Below, one piece after another: positions 39,130-51,038 of a stretch of DNA of 64,000 bases. Made by a program: the position numbers and the translations under genes. Origin of the DNA: Octopus bimaculoides (Eukaryota); assembly GCF_001194135.2 (NCBI RefSeq), contig NC_068989.1, forward strand, positions 69,278,382 through 69,342,381, read 5' to 3'. The number at the start of each line of letters is the position of its first letter. Position 1 is the first letter of the stretch. The notes under the pieces were generated by a model. The model was not told where the DNA came from. It did not search any database and was given only the letters and a program-made list of their open reading frames with translations.

Positions 39130-40100
39130 GTAACATAGATTTTTTAAGTGCTACAAACCAAGTCCATGAGATCAACCCCCTTCATTTCTCAAAAAAATCT
39201 TTGACTCTCTTTGCTGTGTGATAGGGAGCGTTGTCCTGCACGAAGATAGGAGGTTGAACCGACAAGGATCTGAGATGTGGAAGGGCAGGTTGTCTAAGAA
39301 TCTGCTTGTAGATTTCAGCATTGACAGTCCCTTGTAGGCAAATAAATCGACCAGGACCAGCAGCAGAGATCCCTTCCCCTACCATTACACTGCCTCCACC
39401 ACATTTCACTGTCTTCCTCACACATGCACGAGATAACCTTTTGTCACTTCTTCATCAGACATACATCCTGCTGTTGGAACCAATTACATTAAACTTTGAT
39501 TCATTGCTAAAATGAACCTGCGACCACTGTTCTTCTGTCCAAATGACATGTTCTTGAGTAAAATGAAGACGGGCTCTTTGATTCTTCTTGGAGATCAGAG
39601 GTTTCTTTGCCAGTGCCTGAGCAAGCAACCTAGAACCTCATAAGCTCTGAAAAACTGTTTTGTGTGATATGTTGACATCAGAAGTGGAGCTAAACGTGAT
39701 GGATATCTCAGCAGCACTCATAAACCTATCCTTCAGTGACATTCTAACCATAATACAATCCTCACTTGGTGAAGTTTTACGAGGTCTACTGGTTTGGGGT
39801 TTAGCATCTATCAATCCTGATGACTTAAAACGAGCTACAATTCGTTGCACAACACTTGTAGACCTTCCTACAGTAGTTGCTATCACGGAATTTGATATGC
39901 CCTCTTGGTGAAGGCACACAATTCTTTGTTTTTCATCACAGGACACCAGTCATCTCTCACAAGCTGCAATGTTGACAGCTGAATCTTCCAATAATGTAAT
40001 ATCATAAGAAGTAACTTAGCCCATTAATAGTCTTCTAAACAACAAATACCTCGGTTAGTAATTCATTTTTTTCTATGTGACCCTTAACTTTTGGCAGCTG
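39130..40100 (-). mobile_element. Tc1-family transposase pseudogene fragment
   Basis: HTH region (ORF 39638-39946, ..RPRKTS..) and catalytic region (KTVKCGGGSVMV..FVQDNAPYHTAK, ORF 39182-39421) in different frames; Tc1-like end ..gccaaaagttaagggtcac near 40100. Confidence 0.85.
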
Positions 40101-40229
40101 CAATTTGGAAGATTGTTTATTTCCTCATAACTCACGAAATATTTCTATTTACTTGAACTTTTCATGAAAGATAGATATTAGATATATCTAAATATGTGTA
40201 AAATATCTAGTCTCAACGTATTGTCAATC

Positions 40230-40790
40230 TTCTATAATAACTATTTCAATACACTTGTTCTTACTGACCCTTATATTATGGCCACCACTGTATATCTAGT
40301 TCCCTTTATATCCAGATTTTCTCTCAAATCAACAATATCCTATCATTCATGTACACTGACATTACACATCCAGTGAAGCATGTATACTTCATTTCTTTCC
40401 AGTCCACGTCTTACCTTGCTGTCATGTAGCAGTACACTTCATACACAAGCATCATACAATCTAATCTTCCCTCAGATGAAGAAGCCCATCGTTACTAGCA
40501 GAGATTATAGCTTACAAAATCATTTTCTATAAAACTCATTCTTACTCTGGCGACTATGCTTTCAGAACACTCTCCTGCTGCTAATAAGATCACCTCAGTT
40601 GCAGAAGCTATCGACTATTTCTAAAGAACCTTCTGGGTATTTGGTAGAAACTATTTCCTGTGTGCTTATTGTCGCCGAGTACCTGCTGAATATTGAAGTC
40701 TGTTTCTCTGTAATTCCAAGACACTTCTTGAGCGTCCATTGTTTAAACTGGAGGCATGGCCATTTCCTTGATAAAGTCAATATTTACTAA
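40230..40790 (-). mobile_element. RTE ORF2 C-terminal fragment
   Basis: - strand remnant SLEIVDSFC..IVARVR..RLYDACV, similar to 33700-34000. Confidence 0.7.
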
Positions 40791-43567
40791 TTTAACAAGG
40801 GTAAAGTTTGCTTTTTTTATAACCAAATGCCTTCCTTAACTAAACATTCTAAAATGTATGTTAATATTAGCTTCCATGCATGTAAACATATATGTTGGGC
40901 ACGTGTTCATCTCTGAATGAGAGCACACTGTGCGTGTGAGGGACGTCATAGGAGCATTATGGGTTAAAACTGGGACTCTAGACCCGCATGGGCATCTGGG
41001 AAACTACAGTGTGACCGTAACCTATGATGGTGCTGTGCTATGTAGGTTGGAATAAAAGCATACAAAATTCCAGACGCAATATTCAACTGCTATTTATGTT
41101 ACCGATCTCAGGTTAAAAGAAAGGCAAAAATCAAAACAACTACTTAAAAATGAAAGATAATCTGGCGTTCTGCTCTTTGTCATTCAACCATCCCTCATAT
41201 TAACATTATCATAATAATGAATATAAATAAATTTTCAAAGTATTATTTCAATTGTAAACCCATTTTCCGCTTGATAATATATAATGTATGTAGAAAGAGC
41301 ATATTCCATTTACTGATTAGTGTTCAGCGAGGATAAAAAATTAAAAAAAGACACTGCAAGATTTGAACTCACGAATATAGGACACCCAATAATAAAGTTT
41401 CGATACGCGCTGACTTTCACAACATAAGGGCGACAAGAAAGCTTCTATGTTGTTTCTCGACCTGTTAGAAATTGCATCCAAATCTCTCTCAAATCACACA
41501 CTTAAATATCGAAGGAACAGTAAATATAATATAGCCCAACACAATCCTTAAAAGACGGGATCGCCATAACTGGAATGCCTTTGACCAGACAGAAGCCTGT
41601 GTGTTTGATTAGAGCTGGCTTGGTGCTAAATAATTCAACTGAGGAACAGAAACGGTGTCTCTTCTATAAGAGAATGAATAATTAACTGCAAATGGTGTAA
41701 TGAAAGCCACTTAAAAACATCTTGTTACCTCGTCTCCTTCCGACACTTTTAATCATACAAATTATGCTGCATGTATGGTGTATGCAAGCACCTGTGTGAG
41801 TGTGTGCCTTTGTGCATGTGCGCGTTTGTGTGTGCATGAATCATAGATTCCGTGCATGCTCATTCATGCATATAAAATGCGTTTACTTTTGATTACATGT
41901 GGTAATATATTTGTGCTACTTATTGATTCTTTTTCGATAATACTCATATGTGTATGTATGTATGTATGTATATTAGACATGGGACCCTACAATTGTGAAT
42001 TCAAAGGGATCTGGGGTTGTCTAGTTTCGGAGTGTGTGAGTAGGGGGTGTGATTCGTAATCTCAAGCAAGGACCGATGGAAACGAAAGCTAACAAACACT
42101 AATACTAAATAACAATAATACTGAAACAAATCACATACACAAATGCTGAAAAGAATAAAGATTAAGAAGAATTAAAAATTAGTATAATTCATCAAAGCGG
42201 GGACAGACTTCAAATAAATATAACGTATAGCTTCGACGGTCAAATAAAATCTATTTTATAAGACCAATCAACAAACAAACGGCCTAGTGGTTTTATTTCG
42301 TCTGTTCACTTTCTGTGATTAATTAAATACATTACGAAATTACCTCCGTAAAATAATTCGAGGCGATGATTTTTATATTTCCAAGTCGAATTATGTTAAC
42401 AAGAACGTAAAAATAATAGACAGCGTAAATTTCTAACATTCGATTAAATAATTAAAAAGCAAAGCACTACAAGCGAGATTTTTTATATCTACATCATAGA
42501 TTTAGGAGGCGGATCCTTCCTTGCGTGCTTCCCAACAGAATAAGCAACCACAACACTAACAATATTATAGATTGTTGAATATAACAAAACAAGAATTGGA
42601 TTGAAATAATATCTAAAAACTCAATTGTTAACTAACTATTTGATAAATTATAGTAACTATTTTTAATTTCAACCGGTAATTATGATAAATTAGGAAAGCC
42701 ACAATCAAAACGGTATGCAAATAAAAGTCAATAAAAGCAAGTAATAACGAAACCAGACAAAAACGGTATTACTGCAGTAATACACAATTAGCTCTGTGTG
42801 ATATTCTGAATATCTCAGTTAATGTTAACATGATAAGTACTAAATGATTGCAAAAATTGCTTCCTTTGATTTTAAAATTCCAATATATGTTTATTTTATA
42901 CATAGATATAAATTTCAATTTCTCGGTTTATTTATAATGAAATAACAACTGTATGCTTCAAACATGCACATAGATTTTTATTGTATGTGTAATTATGCAG
43001 GCGTGCATTAATTTGGGCGCAAAATAAAATAATGAAGTAAAAAGAAGTAACAATGGGTGAATTTTTAAACCGCTTATTCAATAATACTCTTGAAATATTT
43101 TGTGAGGAAGTGTGGATTTAAAAGGTTAGAATAAACTTAGATGTATGTTATTTATTGATTGAAAATATATTTAAATAACTTTTGTTCTCTATAAGAAAAG
43201 GCTTAAGAATTATTTATGTTTATGTAAAGGGAATATGAGAAGGTTGGTATAAATTTCGTAATAAAATCGTAATTATAAAAAGAGGCGTCATCAGGGAAAC
43301 AAAAATAGCAGCCGAAAGTTAAGTCGACAGATCCAAAAAATTACAACGGGACAAATTCAATTTCTTAAGAGAATAGTTAGAAAATAAATACATTATAAGT
43401 CTCTAACTATTTCTATTTTGTTGATAAATTATTCACAAAGTGCAAAGAAAAATTAAGAGCAATTAAATTTAGCTTGTAAAATATAAATTTATGTCCATAG
43501 CCAACGAGTCCGGTCTGCAAAAAGACAACACATGGGAAAGGAAAAGAAAAAAACAGAATTTCTTTAC

Positions 43568-43624
43568 CTGTTGAGTTGCCAATTCAAAGACATTGCTCAC
43601 GATGCAGTCACTATCACTAGCCAT
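43568..43624 (-). CDS. UVRAG: UVRAG coding exon 1 (MASDSDCIVSNVFELATQQ)
   Basis: ATG at 43624-43622 with an in-frame TAA 8 codons upstream; donor CAG|gtaaag; ELATQQ matches human ELPSQQ; lies in the CpG-retaining region. Implies a 26.7-kb first coding intron. Confidence 0.85.
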
Positions 43625-44275
43625 TACAAAACTGCTTTGCACTAAGACTTATTTCCATGTTTGGTGCACAGATGTTAAGTGGATGTTAATAAGACAGACA
43701 CTCGCTGAGGACAAGACCACCATGTTTGTTATTATGCCAGATCACATGAGGAAGAATTGAAGGTGGGGGCGTCAACATTATAATTGGTTTTAAAAATATA
43801 TATATAATAATTAAAATACAGGATATTTTTTTTTCCACTTTATTTAGTCATCCAACAATTTTAGGTTAGATTTTACATTTAATTATATTATGAGCAGTAT
43901 GACATTTCCGTCCTCGGTCTGAGATATAAATGGATAGGGCTAAATAAATAAATAAATAAATATGCTTATGTATGTGTATATTATATGTATATATATATTC
44001 AGCTGGTCAGAAAAATATACAAAATTAATTATAATTCCAATTACTATTCGACCTAAGTTAATTTAGGAGAATTTATTCCAAGACCTCATCAAATATATAT
44101 ATAAAGCATAAAAAGAAGGTAGACTAGGAAAATTAAATGATTTGATATAGAAACGGTATAAAAAGAAACAGAAATTTTATTGTGCAAATGTTATTAAAGA
44201 ATAAAGAAAAGTATTACATAATTTAATTTTATGCTGTTTCTTAAGAACTAAGCCCGGAGCAATAGCTGCACTTAC

Positions 44276-44320
44276 TTCCGCTTGTACCACCGGTTGAGTG
44301 CTCTCCCTTGTACTTTTAAT
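44276..44320 (-). other. Possible non-coding first exon of UVRAG (5' end unknown)
   Basis: Consensus donor GAA|GTAAGT on the - strand at 44275, inside the CpG/ETS/E-box cluster; candidate acceptor tcttgtcctcag| at 43704. No transcript evidence. Confidence 0.3.
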
Positions 44321-44327
44321 TTACTAT

Positions 44328-44337
44328 AGCACGTGAC
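44328..44337. promoter_or_regulatory. CLEAR-like MiT/TFE (or USF) E-box AGCACGTGAC
   Basis: 8/10 match to the CLEAR palindrome GTCACGTGAC; reads GTCACGTGCT on the - strand. Confidence 0.45.
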
Positions 44338-45006
44338 CTTATGTTTTTCTACAATTTAATATTGAGGACTATCTAAGGTATTTATCAAATTATATTGAAA
44401 TATTTACTGATATTTGTCAGTATTTCTACCTCTTAAACTTATTGCATGCTTCAAATATTATTTTGAAATATCCTTCTCTCTTCAGTTTATTATTTTGATT
44501 TGCAATTTCCTATGCTACACTATAAATATACACTCCGTCGTAATTCAAAATGCTTCGTAATTTTGTGATTCTGTTATAACGCAACAGTAACTTTTTTTAT
44601 ATTTTGCGCATTTCTCGTAAGAAATAGGTTCTGGGTTATTTTAGTAACTGGCTAGATTATCGACTGGTTTTCTCTTGATACAAAATGTTTCACGTCGTGG
44701 TTTACATTGATTTTTTTATAATTGAGACATCAACATTTTAATTTTTGCATAAAGAAAATATATTTGTTCCTTCAAATTAACAATTGTTTTAAGTATATCT
44801 TACTGAAAGACATTTGGATATTTATTTTGTAAAACTGGGCACATTTTTATTAGTCATTCGGGTCGGCGTGGAACATTGAATACAAATAGATTTCTTTAAA
44901 ATTACGATCTTTCATGAAATAATATTTGGGTGTGAGAACATTAATACGAGTTTCAATTATTCGAAAAATTAACTTCTTTAATAAGTGATCTTGAAATTTT
45001 TGTTTT

Positions 45007-45008
<2 letters not shown>

Positions 45009-45084
<76 letters not shown>
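45009..45084. repeat. (TA)38 microsatellite
   Basis: Perfect TA run. Confidence 0.95.
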
Positions 45085-45085
<1 letters not shown>

Positions 45086-45839
45086 CCTCGCGTCTCCCAT
45101 GACTTTGTATATTTTGTAAACTGGGTATTAAAATAGCCGACAAAAGTCTCAAAGTCCATGCGTTAACGATTGAACTGCTAATATCTTAGCTTTAGATTAA
45201 AATATCGATTTATTCAGATTGGACATGCTGACTTATCTGTATTGTAATATTATTTAGCTTTAGTTAAACCGTCTTAAACATAAATATAACTGTTTGTCTA
45301 TGTAATTGTCTACCTGCGATATTCATTTTGAAATATGAATCACTTGAATCTTTCTTAAATAATGGGACACAACATCAAATTTACCACAGTTCAATTTTCA
45401 TGTTAACTTTTCCATATTTTTGATGTATTATTTCAATCATTTCATTTTATTGAACTAACTCTAATACTTTGCTCATATCCAACCCTCTTTTCTATTATAA
45501 TTCCACTGGCGTCTTGAATGCTTAATAGGAATATGTTAGCCTTTGTGTCTACCTTGTGTCCACTACTCAGTTTGACTACCAAGTTGTCAGTCTTTGTGGG
45601 CGGGGCCGTACTTTGATAAACTTCATGCACTCAAAGTTGTATTACTTCCGTCCTGCCTTTACTCAGCGTTTGGTTGGTTGTATTGCAATTTGGCACGCTA
45701 TTAAGCATGCGATTAAAGTATGAAATTCGTCTTTTAACACCAACTCTAACGTCTACTAATTCTCTTTTTATTCGGTACTTCTAGTTAATTTTGATGCAAA
45801 ACATTTGCTTTCATACTCGTCTCATAATAAATTCACTTT

Positions 45840-45897
45840 TGCCGACCCTCTCGTATCGCAACACTTTCGCACTCCTCCTCATAGCAGCGCAGGAGCG
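45840..45897 (+). other. Probable 5'-UTR exon of LAMTOR4 (start approximate)
   Basis: GC/CpG-rich segment ending in donor GCG|GTATGT. The LAMTOR4 ATG at 50961 directly follows an acceptor, so an upstream exon is expected. Confidence 0.4.
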
Positions 45898-46849
45898 GTA
45901 TGTTTGTCATTCTGAACTCTCTACAACAATCAGTATTATCCCCTGTGCAGATTGTTGACCGACATTCTGACGTACTAAATACCTTTGATCTCGTTCTCAT
46001 TTCCAAACCCGACCACTGCTTAATCAAAGCTACTGTCCACATATGCACATAGTACACAATACCCCCAACCACTGCACTCTGGCACTTGCAGTCAGCCAAT
46101 TGGTCAGGGTTCCACCACTTATACTGTAGCAGTCTTCGTTAGTAATATGTAATATGTTACCTTTGACACACACAAGAGAACTGAGCAGATTTCTCTTAGA
46201 AATAACCCTTTACATTCTCACTCAACCAAAACTAAGTTTATAACACAAGTGCAAGTTGTAGCAAATAGATGGTGGCTGTGATGATGATAGTTCAAGACTA
46301 CTATCTGAAATGCAAAACATGTCTGCATTCATTACAAGATGGGTAATCTCAGTTGCATTCCAAATTGGACTTTGTGGGTAAACATCAGGTAGAGAACAGT
46401 GAGTGGGAAATGATTGAGTTAGATATCACACTTACATAAATGCTGTAAAGGTCAGAGAGTGCTATAACATAAATTGTATTGGCACAACCTGACAAAAAGC
46501 TTTCTAATTAGCTAATTATTTGCATGCTGAAACATTCTCCAACCAAACATAGATGTCACTGGCAGCAACTTTGCTTTCAAAGTGTTCAGTACCATCGCTG
46601 TGTGATAGAAGAAATAGCTAGTTTTAACAGAAACATGCTGACAGTGTAAAACAATGGAAAAAGAATCATCACCGGAGTATGGCTCTGTAAGCAGTACTCC
46701 TGTGAAAAAAATTTCCAGTTTGGCCGCCCATTTTTTTGCTCCCATCTCCACTCTGTCAAAACTTTAGTTTTCCACTCCTTGGCACACCACTACAAACACT
46801 AAGTGTAAAACAATTTCAGTCACTTCAAATCCACATGACAACCATCTTT

Positions 46850-48060
46850 GAAAATGTCCTTTCTATTTCCCTCAAATAGTAGTATTTCCCTGAGCTAGAC
46901 AACCATCAATTCTCTACATGATCCTTCCCAATCTTTTAAAACATGCTGCATAGCATGGAAACGTTGCTAGAGAGAAGATAACTCTTCATAGAAATGTGAT
47001 ATTGTAAAATACAGTGGGTGTGTATGCATGTGTTAGATTTCTATGCTGGACATCTTCTCTGACACTGTTTACTATCTACCTTTCTCCTTCCCAACATCTC
47101 AGTGGTGATGAGCACAATCATTAGCATTCACTTCCAATATCTCTCTCTCCTTAGTATTACTAGTATAATGGTCTAGATCCAGGTCTTTATCGTACACCTC
47201 TTGTCTTTGAGAAGTTTATTGAAAGTTATGTCACTACACTTGAAATCACCAAAGCCTTTGAGTATATCAAGGATGTGAACTGCCAGTTTTCAATGCATCT
47301 CATCATTTGGATTGGAAGCTTCCTACCAGATCACATCATTGCAGTGTGTGCTTATGAGGTTCTCTCTAACCCAAATTCAATCAACTCTGGTGTACCACAA
47401 GATTTGTTTATGTGTCTCACACTCTTCCTTCTGTATACTAATGATCTGATTGCTGTCACCTCTATCAACACTGACTCCTATACAAATAATACCACTGCCC
47501 ATTCACTCCTCCTTAACCTCCTGCACACAGGTGTAAACCACATGTAATTTAGACACCTTTTGTTAAACCTACACACACTCAAATTAACAGAGACTACAAA
47601 AACATCTTCCAACTGATTTATGATAATCTTGTATCTTTCAGTAGCACAAAAACATAATTAGTGTTCATATCAAGGAAACAATTTTTCTAGTCTTGGACAA
47701 CATGCAACTAAAACCCTCAAAGGTGCTATAAATGATCTCTGAGCTTTCCGGCTAACTTCACACACACAGTATAACTAAATCTGCAATCCAAAGACTAATT
47801 TCCTTTTCAGGGTCAGAAAATACTTCAGCTCTGATCTATAACTATTTATGCCTTCCCTGCTGTTACCTGACTGTAGGTCTTGAAGCTGCTTAAATAGGGC
47901 CTGCAAAAATCATAGGTGCTGCCTGTCCTTCAGGCTAAGGCATGTAAAGAAAACTTACCGTACACTACTACATCATTAGAGCATTACACTAAACATAAAC
48001 TGCATTGATCTCACTAGTTTGAAATTTCCAATATGTTGTATACAGTGTATTGGAAACTAC
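46850..48060 (+). mobile_element. Decayed CR1/L2/Jockey-type LINE fragment (related 3' piece on - strand at ~52520-52935)
   Basis: ORF 47275-47547 contains INSGVPQDL..TLFLLYTNDL..DSYTNN (RT motifs GVPQGS..LFLLYINDL..YADD). Confidence 0.65.
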
Positions 48061-50475
48061 CTCTTGTACACTGATACACCTTTTATTATTGATTAGCATT
48101 GATAAATGTTTTGTAAATCTATGACTACTGTGAATCATAAGCCTTGTAGTGCTACAATTTTCGAAAAAGGTAATGTTAAATTTGAAGGAGATTTAGCTGC
48201 TAATTGTAGTAAATTGAACAACCATGAAGAGGTTCAGTGTCCATACCTGATATGCTGGAATGTAAGATATGATCTTCAACTAGGGCAGAAGTATCTTACA
48301 TTTAGGGCAACATATTTGTGGGTTGCGCCTTGTCATTTGGTCGACTGCCTGAGTGTCATTGATCAGCTTGAGCAGAGATGCCCTTGGGTTATGCAGCAGG
48401 ATTAGTTCCTTAAAAATCTTTTTAGGAATTAACATGTAATCTCAGAAATAGAAAATTAAAATTTCTTGCTAAAAAAAAAAATGGAATTGGTACTACTTCT
48501 TAGATTTACTAGATATAATACTTCAAAACGATAAATCAATTTGTTTAAGGAATCACAACTAATTAATCTCTAGCTCTGTGAGTCAGAGTGGCTGTTCCAG
48601 TGCACCTCCCTTGCCATCCTCTGAGGTAATACCTTTCCCATTTTGTCTGCTGGGACCATGAGGCAGGAAATCATATGTTCCACTCCTAATAATATTTAAT
48701 TTACTCTGTGAAGAATCACACTACAACCACTGACATATCTACATCACAAAAGTGGGAATTCTTTCAGTTGTATTGTCAGCTTCAAGCAGTGTTCGATAGA
48801 CTTTGGCTGGAGCAAGGCTGTTCTCAAAACTAATTAACACAAGCTGCAAAAATATTAGACTTTGTGCTAATGTTATTTGAATAGTCTGTGATATTGAATT
48901 CCTGTATCCTGTTTTGACTTAAACATTGATACTTGATGTTTTATTATATTGTTACCTAAATTACAGTGTGTCCCTGGAATAAGTTTTGTATAGGTTGTGA
49001 AAGTGTGCAGGCATTATAGAAAGAAGATCTGTTCAAGTGTATTATTGTATTCCAACTGCTCAATTGGTTGTGGGTCAGCCAAGAATCTGTACTCAAGAAT
49101 TAATATTTTGTTGAAGAATTTCTAGCATGAAACAAAATTATTCAAAGTAAATGGAAAATAGTAGTATTTGGGAATCACATATTCTCAAATTTCCCTATGT
49201 CAACCAATCTAACTGTACAATCTTACACAATCAGTGATTCTTCCAACACTACTTTGGCAAGTACAGTGATGAGGTCATAATAGGACTGAAATATTTCTTG
49301 GATTGTCTTTTCCTTGCTAAAAATTTACATTACTCATTAATATTGTCATTTGAAGAATTCTCTGCATTAAATGTGTGAACACTAACTTATGTAAAATAGG
49401 CTCTTTCATACTTCAAATGTAGGGTCAAAAGTGAGTATTATACAAGATGTTCGATTAAAAAAAACTCCTCCAGATTTACCATGCCTGATAAACATTTCAG
49501 CAGCAAACACAGTGTGTACCAATCCAAATCATTATAATAGGGAACATTAAAATATTAGCTACATTAAGACACTGTTACCACCACCTACCTAAGTTTACTA
49601 GTGCCACACCAATAGCCATGTAAAATATGGGAAGTTTTTCTACTGCACACTGTATTTGAGGAGTGTTGCATATCCCATTGAAAAACAGCAAAGATATAGT
49701 TGAGGTTTTCATAGTAATAAAGAAAAGTATAAATATAATGTGATTGAGTTAGCAGTCAATAATAAAAGACTCTAGAGAGAGAGCTGTATAACAGGTCTTT
49801 GGGGAACCCCACCACTTCCTTAGGCAAGTGTTTCAGCCCTTAACTCCTTCCACTATAAGGGAGCCAGGCTGCATCCAGGTCTCGCTTCAGAATAGCTCTC
49901 TTGCTGCCACATTCTGTGTTACTAATGGCATTGCAACCTGCACTTTTGTAGCTGGTCAAAATGTCCCAGAACCAAAATATCTTTGGATGTTGTAACTAGT
50001 TCAGTCTGAAACTTTTTATTTCCAATTCAAGCCACACACAAGCTGTTTCTTTCCTTATGCCCATACAGAAGATGTGGAATTTACACTGCAAGTTGAAAAA
50101 CAGCAATTAATTACATATGAGGGACCCTACTGGATTATGGCTGTGAACTATATCTCCCTATAACACCTGTTGACTGAACAATTAAGACTCAGTGTCATTG
50201 CTAAGTTACTGATAACAGGAGACAACATGGCAACAATGATAGTCAGAAAAAATTTTGAATTTGATTGATTCTTCTTTTTGATCTGTTTTCAGTTTCAGAT
50301 ATCTTTTACTTGTTTCTGTCATTGGACAGTGACCATACTGGAACACTGCCTTGAAGGGTTTTAGTTGAATGAATTGATCCCAGTACTTGTTTTTTAAATA
50401 AAGTCTGGTGCTTATTCTATTGGTCTCACTTTGCTAAACCATTAGGTTACAGGTACTTAGACCAATACTTATTAG

Positions 50476-50539
50476 NNNNNNNNNNNNNNNNNNNNNNNNN
50501 NNNNNNNNNNNNNNNNNNNNNNNNNNNNNNNNNNNNNNN
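50476..50539. other. Assembly gap (64 N)
   Basis: Run of N between a SINE tail and a (CA)n tract. Confidence 1.
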
Positions 50540-50960
50540 ACACAAAGACACACACACACACACACACACACAAAGATGCATACATTTTTATCATCATCAT
50601 CATTTTTTAACGTCCATTGTCCATGCTGGCATGGGTTGGACGGTTTGACCATAGCTGGCAAGCAGGAGAGCTGCACCAGTCTCCAATCTGATTTTGTATG
50701 TGTATATGTGTGTACGCAGATACATGCATACAAAGAAGCTCAGCAAGCTGGGCTTCCTTCAGCTTCTGTCTACTAATCCACTGACAAAGCACTATGGTCG
50801 AGTCTGGGGTTATAGTAGAAGACACCCAAGGTGTCATGCTGTGGGACTGAACCCGAAACCATGTGGTTGGGAAGCAAACTTCTTACCACACAGTCAAAAC
50901 AACCAATATAAACAAATTTCTAATACTTTATTTATAATATTCTTTGTTGCTCTTTTGCAG

Positions 50961-51038
50961 ATGGCTGCTTTAAACATGGACAAAATTCCTGGCTCTGTTG
51001 GATACCAAATACTTAATGAAGAAGGTGCGATTCTGAGT
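50961..51038 (+). CDS. LAMTOR4: LAMTOR4 coding exon 1 (MAALNMDKIPGSVGYQILNEEGAILS)
   Basis: Acceptor ttgctcttttgcag|ATG, donor |gtaagt; 78 nt, phase 0. Confidence 0.93.

Larger units (their letters stand above)
1944..43624 (-). other. UVRAG: UVRAG gene span (UV radiation resistance-associated protein, Vps38 orthologue); 5' part only, 7 coding exons, truncated by the window edge
   Basis: Seven exons with GT-AG ends join in consistent phase (57+121+35+64+95+93+95 nt) to give MASDSDCIVSNVFELATQQKRIRHLKSVSLRNLVYKDELGTDNNRLSTFFTLHTDAKSPAFYTSEKISGSLNPTWQAFDLTTKSEEVETSKKSLLVRVWVGHDVFKLFLEWEVFLSCLHLQDTKTMKDGIRFPPNSLVFGMFHHFFVAPTEEELEKCTKFPRDISRSFYQTEHSNLIFSYGHSSLT. This is collinear with human UVRAG as recalled (ELPSQQRRLRHLRNIAARN..YFTLH..FYRSEVIKNSLNPTW..FVVKIWGG..LLIEWKVCL..SYDVFSLLR). 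Confidence 0.93.
43900..45900. promoter_or_regulatory. Divergent promoter region shared by UVRAG and LAMTOR4
   Basis: Lies between the 5' ends of two oppositely oriented genes. CpGs are visibly retained. Contains ACTTCCG ETS-like cores (44274-44280, 45644-45650), a GC box GGGCGGGG (45598-45605) and an E-box CACGTG (44330-44335). Confidence 0.6.

Noticed and set aside
45442-46099. - strand ORFs 45442-45630 and 45833-46099 as a small gene in the promoter
   Set aside because: No recognisable family or supported exon chain; better explained as GC-richer promoter/UTR sequence.
50434-50733. ORF spanning the N run
   Set aside because: Artefact of the assembly gap and (CA)n repeat.
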